Shown here in pieces: positions 48,993 through 57,712 of a DNA stretch of 64,000 nucleotides. Numbering within the stretch: the stretch's first letter is position 1; the number at the start of each line of letters is the position of its first letter. A model generated the notes under the pieces. That model saw only the letters and a list, made by a program, of their open reading frames with translations. It ran no database searches and was not told where the DNA came from. Source of the stretch: Candidatus Saccharicenans sp. (GTDB lineage Bacteria > Acidobacteriota > Aminicenantia > Aminicenantales > Saccharicenantaceae); the NCBI GenBank assembly GCA_026414545.1, contig JAOAIU010000007.1:39261-103260 (forward strand), read 5' to 3'. Both the position numbers and the translations under genes were made by a program.

Positions 48993-49304
48993 TTACTTTT
49001 TTTCCCTGATTATAACCTTCTCGTCCGGCCTTATCAGCCAGAGTTTTTCCCGGGCTTCTTTTTCCAGGGCGGCCGGGTTTTTCTCCAGCTCCCTTATTTC
49101 GGCTTCCAGCCTTTCCTTCTGCGAGGTCAGGTCCTGAATCTGGGCCTGGAGTTCCTGGTACCTTTTCTTGGATTTCTGGATATCGAGGAAGCCCTTTTTC
49201 CCGAAAAAGGTGGTGAACAGGGTGGCCAGGATAAATATGACTACCAGCAGGTAGAAAAACTTTTTCCTGGTCGACGGCTGTCGCCCTGTTCTGGCCTTTT
49301 CCAT
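48993..49304 (-). CDS. ftsB: Septum formation initiator FtsB/DivIC family protein
   Basis: Start at the ATG at 49302-49304; the ATGA overlaps the upstream mutase stop. TM helix plus coiled coil (YQELQAQIQDLTSQKERLEAEIRELEKNP). Confidence 0.7.
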   Translation of the reverse strand: MEKARTGRQPSTRKKFFYLLVVIFILATLFTTFFGKKGFLDIQKSKKRYQELQAQIQDLTSQKERLEAEIRELEKNPAALEKEAREKLWLIRPDEKVIIREKK

Positions 49305-50701
49305 CACAAAAGCTCCATCCCGGCCCGGAGCAAAGCCCGGGCTTCTTTCTCGTCTCCGGCCTCGGCATAGCACCTGATGAGCGGTTCTGTTCCGGAAAAC
49401 CTGAGAATCAACCAGCGGTCGCCATCAAAATCAAGCTTCAGCCCGTCCATGGTCTCGACCGACTGCACCACCCTTTTTCCCAGGCGGCCCGGCGGATTCT
49501 TAATAAGCGCTTCCAGCTTCCTGGCCTTATCCGGTGTTAATTTTATGTTCTGCTGGACACCAACCATCAGCCCGTATTTTTTGAAAAGCTGCTGTAGTAG
49601 CTGGGAAAGGCTCAAGCCGCAAACGGCCACCATCTCGGCCACCAGCAACCCGGCGAAAATCCCGTCCTTCTCCGGCAGGTGGTCTCGGACGGCCAGACAG
49701 GCGCTCTCCTCCCCGCCGAATATGATTTTATTCTGGAGGAACAGGTCAGCCATATACTTGAAACCGACCGGGGTGCGGTAGAGTGGCACATCGTAATGTC
49801 TGGCAATCCGGTCGATCAGGTGGGTAGTGGTTACCGACCTGGCTACGCCCCCTCGCCAGCCCTTGACCGCCAGCAGATACTCAAGAATCAAGGCCAGGAT
49901 ATAATTCGGGATGATCACCTGGCCCTTCTCGTTCACCACGCCGAAGCGGTCTCCGTCGGCATCGGTAGCCAGGCCCAGGGCACATTCCTTTTCCTTAATC
50001 AGTCGTTTCAGCTCGGCCAGATTGGTTTCGGTGCAGGAAGGAGAAATCCCCCCGAAGTAGGGGTCGATGTAGCCGTGAATAACCTCAATCGGAATGCCAT
50101 TCTCCTCTAGGATTTCATCCAGGTATTCCCGGCTGGTACCGAACAGCAGGTCGATGCCTATCCTGATTTCCGATTTCTTTATGGCCTCAAAGTCAATCTT
50201 TTTCTGCAGGAACTCCAGGTAATCTTTCTGCAGGTCGACCCGGTGAATATAGGAACGGTCAGGGTAATAATGGGGAGCTACCATCTCCGGGCGGATTTTT
50301 TCCACTTCCCTTTCTATTTGGTCGGTAACTTCCGGCAGAGCCGGGGCTCCGCTGGCCACATTAAATTTTAACCCGTTGAATTCCGGCGGGTTGAACGAGG
50401 CAGTAAAATTTATCCCGCCCACATGTCCGGCCCGGATGATGTGATAGGCCAGGGCCTGAGAGGGACAATCGCGATCGGCCAGGTAAACTTGAATCCTGTT
50501 CCTGGAAAGAAGGGCCGCGGCCTCGTTAGCAAATCTTTCCGACAGGAAACGGGTGTCATAACCGATGGCCAGCGATATCTCTTTTCCGGGGTATTGATCC
50601 CGGAGATAATTGGCAATGGCCTGCACCACGCGGCGGACATTGGAGAAGGTAAACTCTTCTCCCATCACTGCCCGCCAGCCAGAAGTGCCAAACCTGATCA
50701 T
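49304..50701 (-). CDS. Phosphoglucomutase/phosphomannomutase family protein
   Basis: FGTSGWRA N-terminus. Phosphoserine loop TASFNP (variant of TASHNP). Metal loop DADGDR. Sugar-phosphate loop RFSGTEPLIR. Confidence 0.8.
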   Translation of the reverse strand: MIRFGTSGWRAVMGEEFTFSNVRRVVQAIANYLRDQYPGKEISLAIGYDTRFLSERFANEAAALLSRNRIQVYLADRDCPSQALAYHIIRAGHVGGINFTASFNPPEFNGLKFNVASGAPALPEVTDQIEREVEKIRPEMVAPHYYPDRSYIHRVDLQKDYLEFLQKKIDFEAIKKSEIRIGIDLLFGTSREYLDEILEENGIPIEVIHGYIDPYFGGISPSCTETNLAELKRLIKEKECALGLATDADGDRFGVVNEKGQVIIPNYILALILEYLLAVKGWRGGVARSVTTTHLIDRIARHYDVPLYRTPVGFKYMADLFLQNKIIFGGEESACLAVRDHLPEKDGIFAGLLVAEMVAVCGLSLSQLLQQLFKKYGLMVGVQQNIKLTPDKARKLEALIKNPPGRLGKRVVQSVETMDGLKLDFDGDRWLILRFSGTEPLIRCYAEAGDEKEARALLRAGMELL

Positions 50702-51043
50702 CGGCCGTTTTTTTCTTAAATATCATGATGAAAATACCACAAGAAAGAACTTATTTCAATTAAACTGGACGGATGGAAGCCGAGCCAAAAAGATTTTCTT
50801 CCTGCGTTGGCCGGCATAATGATGTCAACCATCAGTTGAGTTAGAGCCAGGTAAACCGGGTGCTGAGCTAAGCGGTGAAACAGAGCCAGGGTTCTAATTC
50901 ATTAGATCAATAGATTCAAGCATGGACGAGTGCTCCGGCCGGCTCCGGGTTCTCTTTATAAAGAACCAGAAATCACAGAAACAGGGATCAGGTCCGTTAA
51001 GATTGACTGGACGTTTTGAATATCATAACCTTGAATTAAACCC

Positions 51044-53488
51044 ATGCCGCAAAGGTCAAGAATACTCGCGGGTGTTTCTCTGGTTTCAGCCCAGGTCCTG
51101 GCCCTGGAATTGATCCTGACCAGGTTCTTTTCCATTTCCCAGGGTTATCATTATGCCTTCCTGATAGTCAGCATCGCTTTCCTCGGATTCGGTGCCGGCT
51201 CTCTCTTTCTTTTTTCCGGGCGGCTAAAAGAATTCCTGAACGGGGAAGAAGCCCTCTCCTCCCTGGCCCTCGGCTCGAGCCTGACCATCATTCTGGGTTT
51301 CTTCCTGCTGAACCGGCTGCCCTTCAATCCACTGGAGCTTCTCTGGAACCAGGCCAGGCTGGGAATCATACCGCTGCATTACCTCCTCCTGAGCGCTCCA
51401 TTCCTGCTGGGAGGGCTATCCATCTCCCTGGCCCTGACCAGGTTATCTGGCCTTGTTCACATGGTATATTTTGCCGACCTGACGGGAGCCGCGGCCGGTC
51501 TGCTTCTCTCTTCATGGAGTTTCAGACTGTCCGGAGACCTCGGGGCTATCTGGCTTCTGGTTCTCCTGCCGCTGGCCGCTTCCTGGCTTTTTCTTCCCTG
51601 GGCCAGTACCAGACGAGCCCGGAAAATCGGGCACCTGGTCGCAAGCGTGATGGTTGTTTTGGCCGTGGGTTTGGGCGGAAGAGAACTCTGTTTTCAGATT
51701 TCCGACTATAAGCCCCTGCCTTTCTTCCTGAAACAAAAAAATGCGGCCCTGACCGCCACCCGGTGGGACGAAAAATTGCGACTTGACCTGTTCCAATCGC
51801 CGGCAGTTCGCTACGCCCCGGGTCTCAGCCTGAATTACAACGGCCCGATTCCGCAGCAGACCGGGCTTGCCCTGGATGCCGAAAGAATTTACGCCCTGAA
51901 CGATAGTGACGGGCCCAGCAACCAGCCCGCTTTCCTGGATTACCTGCCTTGCTGGCCGGCTTTCAATTTCCATCAGGGCGGTCGTTTCCTCCTGCTGGAT
52001 CCGGCCGGAGACCTGGAACTGCGTCTGAGCCTGAAAGCAAAGGCGTCCTCGATTACCGTCTTTGAAGAAAACCATCTCCTGAGGCAAGTACATAAAGACT
52101 GGCTCGACCCGTTGATTGGAACCGCGCATCCCACGTCTGCTGTCGAGTTCAGAACGGTTGAAGCCCGGGCCGGGTTGAGCTATGAAAAAAAGAGGGGCAC
52201 GGAATTCGACCTGATCTTCTATGCCCTGCCGGACCTTCCCGGTAGTTACAGCACCGGATTCTTCGGGCCCGGAGAGGATTACCTGATGACCGCTGAGGCG
52301 GTAGACCTGATCTACGAACTTCTCTCGCCGCGCGGCCTGGTCACCGCCCTTTACTATTTTCTACCGCCGCCCCGTCAGGAACTGCGTTTTCTGGCCCTCT
52401 GGGTGGAAGGGCTTGAAAGGCGCGGTCTCAGGCCTGAAAGGCATATTGTCTTTCTGAAAACAGTTGAAACTATAACCTTTTTTATTAAAAAGCAGGAATT
52501 TTCCGCTGCAGAAATAAGCCAACTGGAGGAATTTTCCCGCAACCGCTTGTTCGACCTGATCGTTCCGGGTCAAAAGGTCGGGGAGAAGACTCCACCTTTT
52601 ATTCAAGCAGAGATTCCGGCCTGGGAAGAGCTGGCCGGCTACCTTTTCGACCGGCAGAAACGACAGGCCATCTACCAGAATTATCTCTTTGACATCAGGC
52701 CGCCGGATGACGACCGGCCCTTTTTCCGTGATTTCATGAAATGGAATCGCTGGCCCGATATCAGAAAATTTTTTAATCGGAAAGCCTATCCCCTGTTCAT
52801 CGGCAAATACCTGCTGGTTTTCCTCCTGGCCCAATCGCTGACCATAGGGTTGCTGGTCATCATTCTTCCCCTTCTTCGCTCTGCTCGTCGAAGGCTGGCT
52901 GCTGTCCCCCGGAAAACCTTGCCTTTCTTTTACTTTGCCAGCCTCGGAGCGGGCTATTTGCTGGTGGAGATCACCCTTTTCCACAAGTTCATATTGCTCA
53001 TCGGGCACCCGACGTACTCGTTGAGTGCGGTCCTGTTCTTCCTGCTCAGTGCTTCTGGAGCCGGCAGCCTGAGCCTGACCGGCCTGCGCCGAAAAATCGG
53101 CCAGGTTGGGTTAATTAGCTGGCCCCTCGTTTGCCTTCTGACCATACTGCTGGAAATTGCCGCTCTGAACCTGGCTGGAAACTTTTTCCTTGCTCTCGGC
53201 CTGCCCTGGCGGCTTCTTCTCTGTTTCTTCCTGGTTTTCCCGCTCGGCTTCTGCTTGGGAATTCCCTTCCCGGCCGGTCTGAGCTACTTTCAATCCAGGT
53301 CGCCACTGATGATACCTTTTGCTTTTGCCGCCAACTCTTTTTTCAGCCTGCTGGCCTCAATCTGGGGCCTGGTCCAGGCCCAGCTCTGGGGATACCGGTC
53401 GGTATTTTTTGTTTCGGCCGGCTGCTACCTGTTAGCGTTTTTCTTTTTCTATCTCGCCTATCATCGGGACAAACCTGACGTCGAGTAG
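51044..53488 (+). CDS. Polytopic membrane protein with central spermidine-synthase-like (degenerate) domain and duplicated TM module
   Basis: The N-terminal module ([33 protein letters not shown]) is repeated near the C-terminus ([36 protein letters not shown]). The central [11 protein letters not shown]...[10 protein letters not shown]...[10 protein letters not shown] resembles the SpeE fold, with the GGGDGG SAM loop replaced. Confidence 0.55.
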   Translation: MPQRSRILAGVSLVSAQVLALELILTRFFSISQGYHYAFLIVSIAFLGFGAGSLFLFSGRLKEFLNGEEALSSLALGSSLTIILGFFLLNRLPFNPLELLWNQARLGIIPLHYLLLSAPFLLGGLSISLALTRLSGLVHMVYFADLTGAAAGLLLSSWSFRLSGDLGAIWLLVLLPLAASWLFLPWASTRRARKIGHLVASVMVVLAVGLGGRELCFQISDYKPLPFFLKQKNAALTATRWDEKLRLDLFQSPAVRYAPGLSLNYNGPIPQQTGLALDAERIYALNDSDGPSNQPAFLDYLPCWPAFNFHQGGRFLLLDPAGDLELRLSLKAKASSITVFEENHLLRQVHKDWLDPLIGTAHPTSAVEFRTVEARAGLSYEKKRGTEFDLIFYALPDLPGSYSTGFFGPGEDYLMTAEAVDLIYELLSPRGLVTALYYFLPPPRQELRFLALWVEGLERRGLRPERHIVFLKTVETITFFIKKQEFSAAEISQLEEFSRNRLFDLIVPGQKVGEKTPPFIQAEIPAWEELAGYLFDRQKRQAIYQNYLFDIRPPDDDRPFFRDFMKWNRWPDIRKFFNRKAYPLFIGKYLLVFLLAQSLTIGLLVIILPLLRSARRRLAAVPRKTLPFFYFASLGAGYLLVEITLFHKFILLIGHPTYSLSAVLFFLLSASGAGSLSLTGLRRKIGQVGLISWPLVCLLTILLEIAALNLAGNFFLALGLPWRLLLCFFLVFPLGFCLGIPFPAGLSYFQSRSPLMIPFAFAANSFFSLLASIWGLVQAQLWGYRSVFFVSAGCYLLAFFFFYLAYHRDKPDVE

Positions 53489-54172
53489 TTGTTTGACCAC
53501 CGGCCTTCCCCCGACCTTTCTCACCAGGGTCAATGTTTGAAAGAATACGGTGCTGCCCACCGGGATGACCAACCTGCCCCCCTCTTTTAACTGTTGAAAA
53601 AGTGGGGGCGGAATATGATTGGCAGCACAAGTAACCAGGATGGCATCGAAGGGCGCCTCTTCCGGCCAGCCGAAATAACCGTCTGCGCAGCGCACTCTTA
53701 CCCCGTCATAATTCAGCGACCGGAGGACCCCGGCTGCCCGACCGGCTAAAGTTTCCCTGATTTCTACTGAAAAAACCTGGTCGGTGAGCTGATTGAGAAT
53801 AGCAGCCTGGTAACCGGAACCGGTACCGATTTCCAGGACCTTATCACCGGGTTGGACCTCGGCGGCCGCAGTCATCAGGGCCACGATATATGGCTGGGAG
53901 ATAGTCTGCCCCTCTCCTATGGGCAACGGATAGTCCTCATAGGCTTCCCGACGGTATTGTTCTGGAACGAAAAGGTGGCGGGGAACGGACAGAAAAGCCT
54001 GGAGCAACCTTTGGTCCCGCAGGCCACGGCTCTGGATCTGAGAGCTGACCATCTGTTCCCTTTTTTTCTGGAAAAAGGTTTTGTCTTTATCCAGATTATC
54101 CTGTGAAATGAGTCCAGATATACAGAAAACTATTCCCAGCAGCAACCAGGATACCAGATTCCGCCTGCTCAT
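53432..54172 (-). CDS. pcm: Protein-L-isoaspartate O-methyltransferase with N-terminal membrane anchor
   Basis: [24 protein letters not shown] and GRLVIPVG motifs. Hydrophobic N-terminal segment [17 protein letters not shown]. Its 3' end overlaps the convergent membrane-protein gene by 57 nt. Confidence 0.85.
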   Translation of the reverse strand: MSRRNLVSWLLLGIVFCISGLISQDNLDKDKTFFQKKREQMVSSQIQSRGLRDQRLLQAFLSVPRHLFVPEQYRREAYEDYPLPIGEGQTISQPYIVALMTAAAEVQPGDKVLEIGTGSGYQAAILNQLTDQVFSVEIRETLAGRAAGVLRSLNYDGVRVRCADGYFGWPEEAPFDAILVTCAANHIPPPLFQQLKEGGRLVIPVGSTVFFQTLTLVRKVGGRPVVKQLLDVRFVPMIGEIEKEKR

Positions 54173-54356
54173 ATTGTATATTTTACCTCAGACCATTCCG
54201 GAGAGCCAGAAATTAGCCTCACCCCTGGAGAGTAAGGAAGCCACCAAAAAATCACCTCTGGATTAGCCAGAAGCGGTGATTGACCGGCCAGGGGACTGTT
54301 CTTAAGCTCTGGGATAGGATTGGAAAGGGCACAAACTAACTGTGAGAAAAAAATAT

Positions 54357-54385
54357 TTGACACGGAGAGGCATTTTTGATAATTG
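54357..54385 (+). promoter_or_regulatory. Candidate sigma70 promoter for coaD-pilMNOPQ (TTGACA-N17-TAATTG with TGn extension; tandem TTGATAA repeat)
   Basis: TTGACA at 54357-54362, -10 at 54380-54385. Contains a TTGATAATTGATAAT tandem heptamer. The coaD ATG lies only about 10 nt downstream, so the transcript would have a very short leader. Confidence 0.35.
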
Positions 54386-54395
54386 ATAATCAAGC

Positions 54396-54908
54396 ATGCA
54401 AGGAACTGAACTCCTTAATGGGAAGAAGGCAATCTACCCAGGGTCATTTGACCCGATTACCAACGGTCATGTGGATATTATTCAAAGGGGGAAGAAGATT
54501 TTCGACAAAATTATTGTGGGCGTTCTCGATAACCCCAAAAAAATGCCCCTTTTTTCTGCGGAGGAACGGGTGGAACTGATAAGGAAGACTTTCGAGGGAG
54601 ACCGGGCCGTGGAGGTGAAAAGCTTCAGCGGATTGCTGGTCGAGTTCGCCCGTCAGAACCAGGCCGATGCCGTGATCAGGGGGTTGAGGGCGATTTCTGA
54701 CTTTGAATACGAATTCCAGATGGCCCTCATGAACCGCAAATTATGGAGCGAAATTGAAACCCTGTTCATGATGCCCAGCCTGAAATACTCATTCCTGAGT
54801 TCCAACCTGGTCAAGGAGGTCTTCCAGCTTGGAGGCTGCATTAAGGACCTGGTTCCGCCGGTGGTGGAAGAGGCCCTTAAGAATAAATTTAAGAATTCCA
54901 ATAAATAA
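54396..54908 (+). CDS. coaD: Phosphopantetheine adenylyltransferase
   Basis: [20 protein letters not shown]. Full-length CoaD. Confidence 0.9.
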   Translation: MQGTELLNGKKAIYPGSFDPITNGHVDIIQRGKKIFDKIIVGVLDNPKKMPLFSAEERVELIRKTFEGDRAVEVKSFSGLLVEFARQNQADAVIRGLRAISDFEYEFQMALMNRKLWSEIETLFMMPSLKYSFLSSNLVKEVFQLGGCIKDLVPPVVEEALKNKFKNSNK

Positions 54909-54918
54909 GGCGGTAAAA

Positions 54919-55995
54919 ATGTTGGGTTTATCCAAGGAAAAGAGCGTGGTCGGACTCGATATCGGGTCCTATTCCGTTAAGGCAGTCGAATTAAAGGTCA
55001 AACAAAAGGGAGATACCACCCAGTACGAGGTCCAGAAGATCGGTTACGAACCCCTGCCCCATGATGCCATTGTAGAAGGAACCATCATCGATTCCACCGC
55101 AGTTAGCGAGACCATCAAGTTACTGTTCGAAAACGCCAAAATTGCCACCCGCGACGTGGCCATCTCCATCTCCGGAAACTCGGTCATCATCAAAAAGATC
55201 TCCCTGCCGGCCATGGACCAGCAGGAGCTGGCCGAGTCCATCACCTGGGAAGCCAAGCATAACATTCCCTACAATTACGAAGAAACCAACGTCGATTACC
55301 ATGTGGTCAGGTCCCCCCGCGGGAGCGAGGGCACGGTGGACATCCTGCTGGTGGCGGCCAAGAAGGATAAAATCGCCAACTACAGCAACGCCGTCAGCAT
55401 CGCCAGGAAGAACCTGGTGGCCATAGAAGTGGACATCTTCTCTCTGATCAACGCTTTTGAGGTCAACTACCCGGAAATCTTCAAAGAGAAAACCGTGGCC
55501 CTGATTAACATGGGAGCCAATATCACCAACGTCGGGATAGTGGAGCATGGGGTGCCGCAGCTGTTCAGGGACCTATCCCTGGGCGGATATTTCTTTACCG
55601 AGAATATCCGCAAGGAACTGAACGTCTCCTTTGAAGAGGCCGAGGCTGCCCTGAAGGGTATCCCCGGAAAGAACATCAATGCCGACCAGTTCGCTTCCGT
55701 CCTGACCATGAATATCAGAGACCTGCTGGACGAGATGGAAAAGACCTTTTCTTTCTACGAGGCCGGGGAAAAGAGGGAACGCCGCATCGAACAGATACTC
55801 CTGAGCGGCGGACTGGCCCTGATTCCCAACATGGTCAGCGCCTTCGAGCTCAAGTTCCGGATCAAGACCGAGTTGCTCAATCCTTTCCGGTCGATAAAGT
55901 TTGATGAAAAGAAGTTCGAATCCATCTATTTTAACGAAATGGCCCCTGTCTTCGGGGTGGCCGTTGGACTTTCAACGAGAAAGGCAGAGAAATGA
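54919..55995 (+). CDS. pilM: Type IV pilus assembly protein PilM
   Basis: Start at the ATG at 54919, 11 nt after the coaD stop; the track ORF start at 54829 lies inside coaD. Actin-like fold: VGLDIGSYSVKAVEL. Followed by pilNOPQ. Confidence 0.85.
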   Translation: MLGLSKEKSVVGLDIGSYSVKAVELKVKQKGDTTQYEVQKIGYEPLPHDAIVEGTIIDSTAVSETIKLLFENAKIATRDVAISISGNSVIIKKISLPAMDQQELAESITWEAKHNIPYNYEETNVDYHVVRSPRGSEGTVDILLVAAKKDKIANYSNAVSIARKNLVAIEVDIFSLINAFEVNYPEIFKEKTVALINMGANITNVGIVEHGVPQLFRDLSLGGYFFTENIRKELNVSFEEAEAALKGIPGKNINADQFASVLTMNIRDLLDEMEKTFSFYEAGEKRERRIEQILLSGGLALIPNMVSAFELKFRIKTELLNPFRSIKFDEKKFESIYFNEMAPVFGVAVGLSTRKAEK

Positions 55996-55998
55996 GCC

Positions 55999-56631
55999 AT
56001 GATCAGGATTAATTTATTAAAACCGGAAGCCAAGGAAGCCAGGGAACCTGAAAAACCAGGTTTACCTAAGGTTGCGAAGGAAAGAAAAAGAGCCAGCATT
56101 GGCACTATTATCTTCCTGCTGCTCCTGGTCAGTCTGGCCGGTTACTACTTTTACCAGCACTGGCAGATACAGAAAGAAAATCAACTAATTGCCCAGGCCC
56201 AGCAGGAAAAGAATCAGCTGCAGTACGTGGTGGCCAAGCTGGAAGAGGTCAAATTGCAGAAGGCCAACCTGGAAATGAAGATCAACCTGATCAGACAGCT
56301 GAAAGCCAGCCAGGATATCGCGGTCAGGATCATGGATGAAATCAACCGCCGGATACCTGATTATGTCTGGCTGAAAGAGACCAGCTTTGACGGACAAACC
56401 CTGAAGATCAAGGGCGAGGCCATTTCCAACAATCTGATTGCCGATTTCATCACCAACCTGCAGCGCAGCGAGACCTTCGGGCAGGTCAACCTGATCGTCT
56501 CAGCTCAGAAGACCGAGGGGGGTATCGCCTATCTTGAATTTGACATGACCGTTCCGGTGAACAGGCCTCAGGCCGAGCAACCGCAGCCGGCTAGACCCAC
56601 CCCTCAGAACACAAGAAGGAGACAGCCATGA
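55999..56631 (+). CDS. pilN: Type IV pilus assembly protein PilN
   Basis: MIRINLLKPE N-terminus, single TM, coiled coil. Position between pilM and pilO. Confidence 0.8.
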   Translation: MIRINLLKPEAKEAREPEKPGLPKVAKERKRASIGTIIFLLLLVSLAGYYFYQHWQIQKENQLIAQAQQEKNQLQYVVAKLEEVKLQKANLEMKINLIRQLKASQDIAVRIMDEINRRIPDYVWLKETSFDGQTLKIKGEAISNNLIADFITNLQRSETFGQVNLIVSAQKTEGGIAYLEFDMTVPVNRPQAEQPQPARPTPQNTRRRQP

Positions 56632-57212
56632 GAAACTGGCCATGGTATGGATATCTAATACTAGCCATAGTCATCTTCGCCCTGGCTTTCTTTTTCTACT
56701 TCAAACCCCGTAACGAACAAATCCAGGACCTACGGCAGCAGAGGGAAAAACTGGAAAAAGAAGTTCAGGTTTTGAAGGAAAAAAAGAAAGAGCTGGATAA
56801 AATTGAGGCCGAACTGGTGGTGCTGAATGCCACTCTCAAAGACCTGGAACAGATCATTCCTCAGCAGAAAGAAATCGCCGAAATCCTGAGGCGCATCCAG
56901 CAGCTGGCCTATGATTCCCGACTCAACGTGCTGAAATTTCAACCCAGTGGTGAAATCAAGAAGGAATTTTATGCCGAATGGCCGATAAACATCGAGGTTT
57001 CTGGCACCTATCACAACCTGGGAATTTTCTTTGATAAACTAAGCAATTTTGCCAGGCTGTTCAACGTTAACAACTTCAGCATCAGCGCCCTGAGCAACCA
57101 GACCGAAGCCCTGACCATAGGTGCCAAATTTGTTACCACCACTTATTATTTTCTTGAAGAACAGCCTCAGCCGGCTAAGACCGCAGCCGGCCAGCAACAG
57201 CCGAGGAAATAA
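56628..57212 (+). CDS. pilO: Type IV pilus assembly protein PilO
   Basis: TM followed by a coiled coil and a ferredoxin-like periplasmic domain. Overlaps the pilN stop. Confidence 0.75.
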   Translation: MRNWPWYGYLILAIVIFALAFFFYFKPRNEQIQDLRQQREKLEKEVQVLKEKKKELDKIEAELVVLNATLKDLEQIIPQQKEIAEILRRIQQLAYDSRLNVLKFQPSGEIKKEFYAEWPINIEVSGTYHNLGIFFDKLSNFARLFNVNNFSISALSNQTEALTIGAKFVTTTYYFLEEQPQPAKTAAGQQQPRK

Positions 57213-57213
57213 C

Positions 57214-57711
57214 ATGAGAAAGATAAGCATTCTGGCACTGGTTTTATTGATGTCAGTAATGTACGGGTGGCTAACTCTGGCCTCCGGCCAGGAGGTTCAG
57301 CAGACCGGGCAGCAGCAGGAGCAGAAGCAACAGGAAACCATAATTTCCCCGCAGCTGGCCCTGAGCAATCTCCCTGCCCGGGCCTCTTATAACCCGGGCG
57401 GGCGCCGGGACCCGTTCATAGACCTGATAGGCAAGGGAAAAGGCGGAAGCAAGACCACAGTGGCCGAAGGGCAGCTGACCATTGATAATGCCACCCTGGT
57501 GGGCATCGTTAAGACATCCAAGGGCTACGTGGCTATAGTTTCTGGACCTCAAGAATTCCCTTACTTTCTGAAAATAGGAGATAGACTGGCTGACGGCTAT
57601 GTCTACTCCATCAGCGAGGCCCAGGTGGTCTTCCGCAAGACCCACGAAAGGGGCATCCCCCTGATGAGGCCCAGAGACGTTGTCAAAGAAATCAATCCGG
57701 AGGAGCGTTAA
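57214..57711 (+). CDS. pilP: Type IV pilus assembly protein PilP
   Basis: Start at the ATG at 57214 with a GAGGAAAT SD. Signal peptide. Gln-rich linker. Conserved GGRRDPF motif and beta-domain. Confidence 0.65.
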   Translation: MRKISILALVLLMSVMYGWLTLASGQEVQQTGQQQEQKQQETIISPQLALSNLPARASYNPGGRRDPFIDLIGKGKGGSKTTVAEGQLTIDNATLVGIVKTSKGYVAIVSGPQEFPYFLKIGDRLADGYVYSISEAQVVFRKTHERGIPLMRPRDVVKEINPEER

Positions 57712-57712
57712 C

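Noticed and set aside
49304-50701. TASFNP instead of TASHNP in the PGM/PMM-family mutase, as a possible inactivation
   Set aside because: The phosphoserine, the metal loop DADGDR and the sugar-phosphate loop are all intact. It is most likely within-family variation rather than a pseudo-enzyme.
50702-51043. 340-bp intergenic region with GGTTC-N10-GAACC dyad, as a candidate ncRNA or regulatory region
   Set aside because: No convincing promoter/terminator pair or structured RNA could be identified by eye. It is probably just the divergent promoter region.
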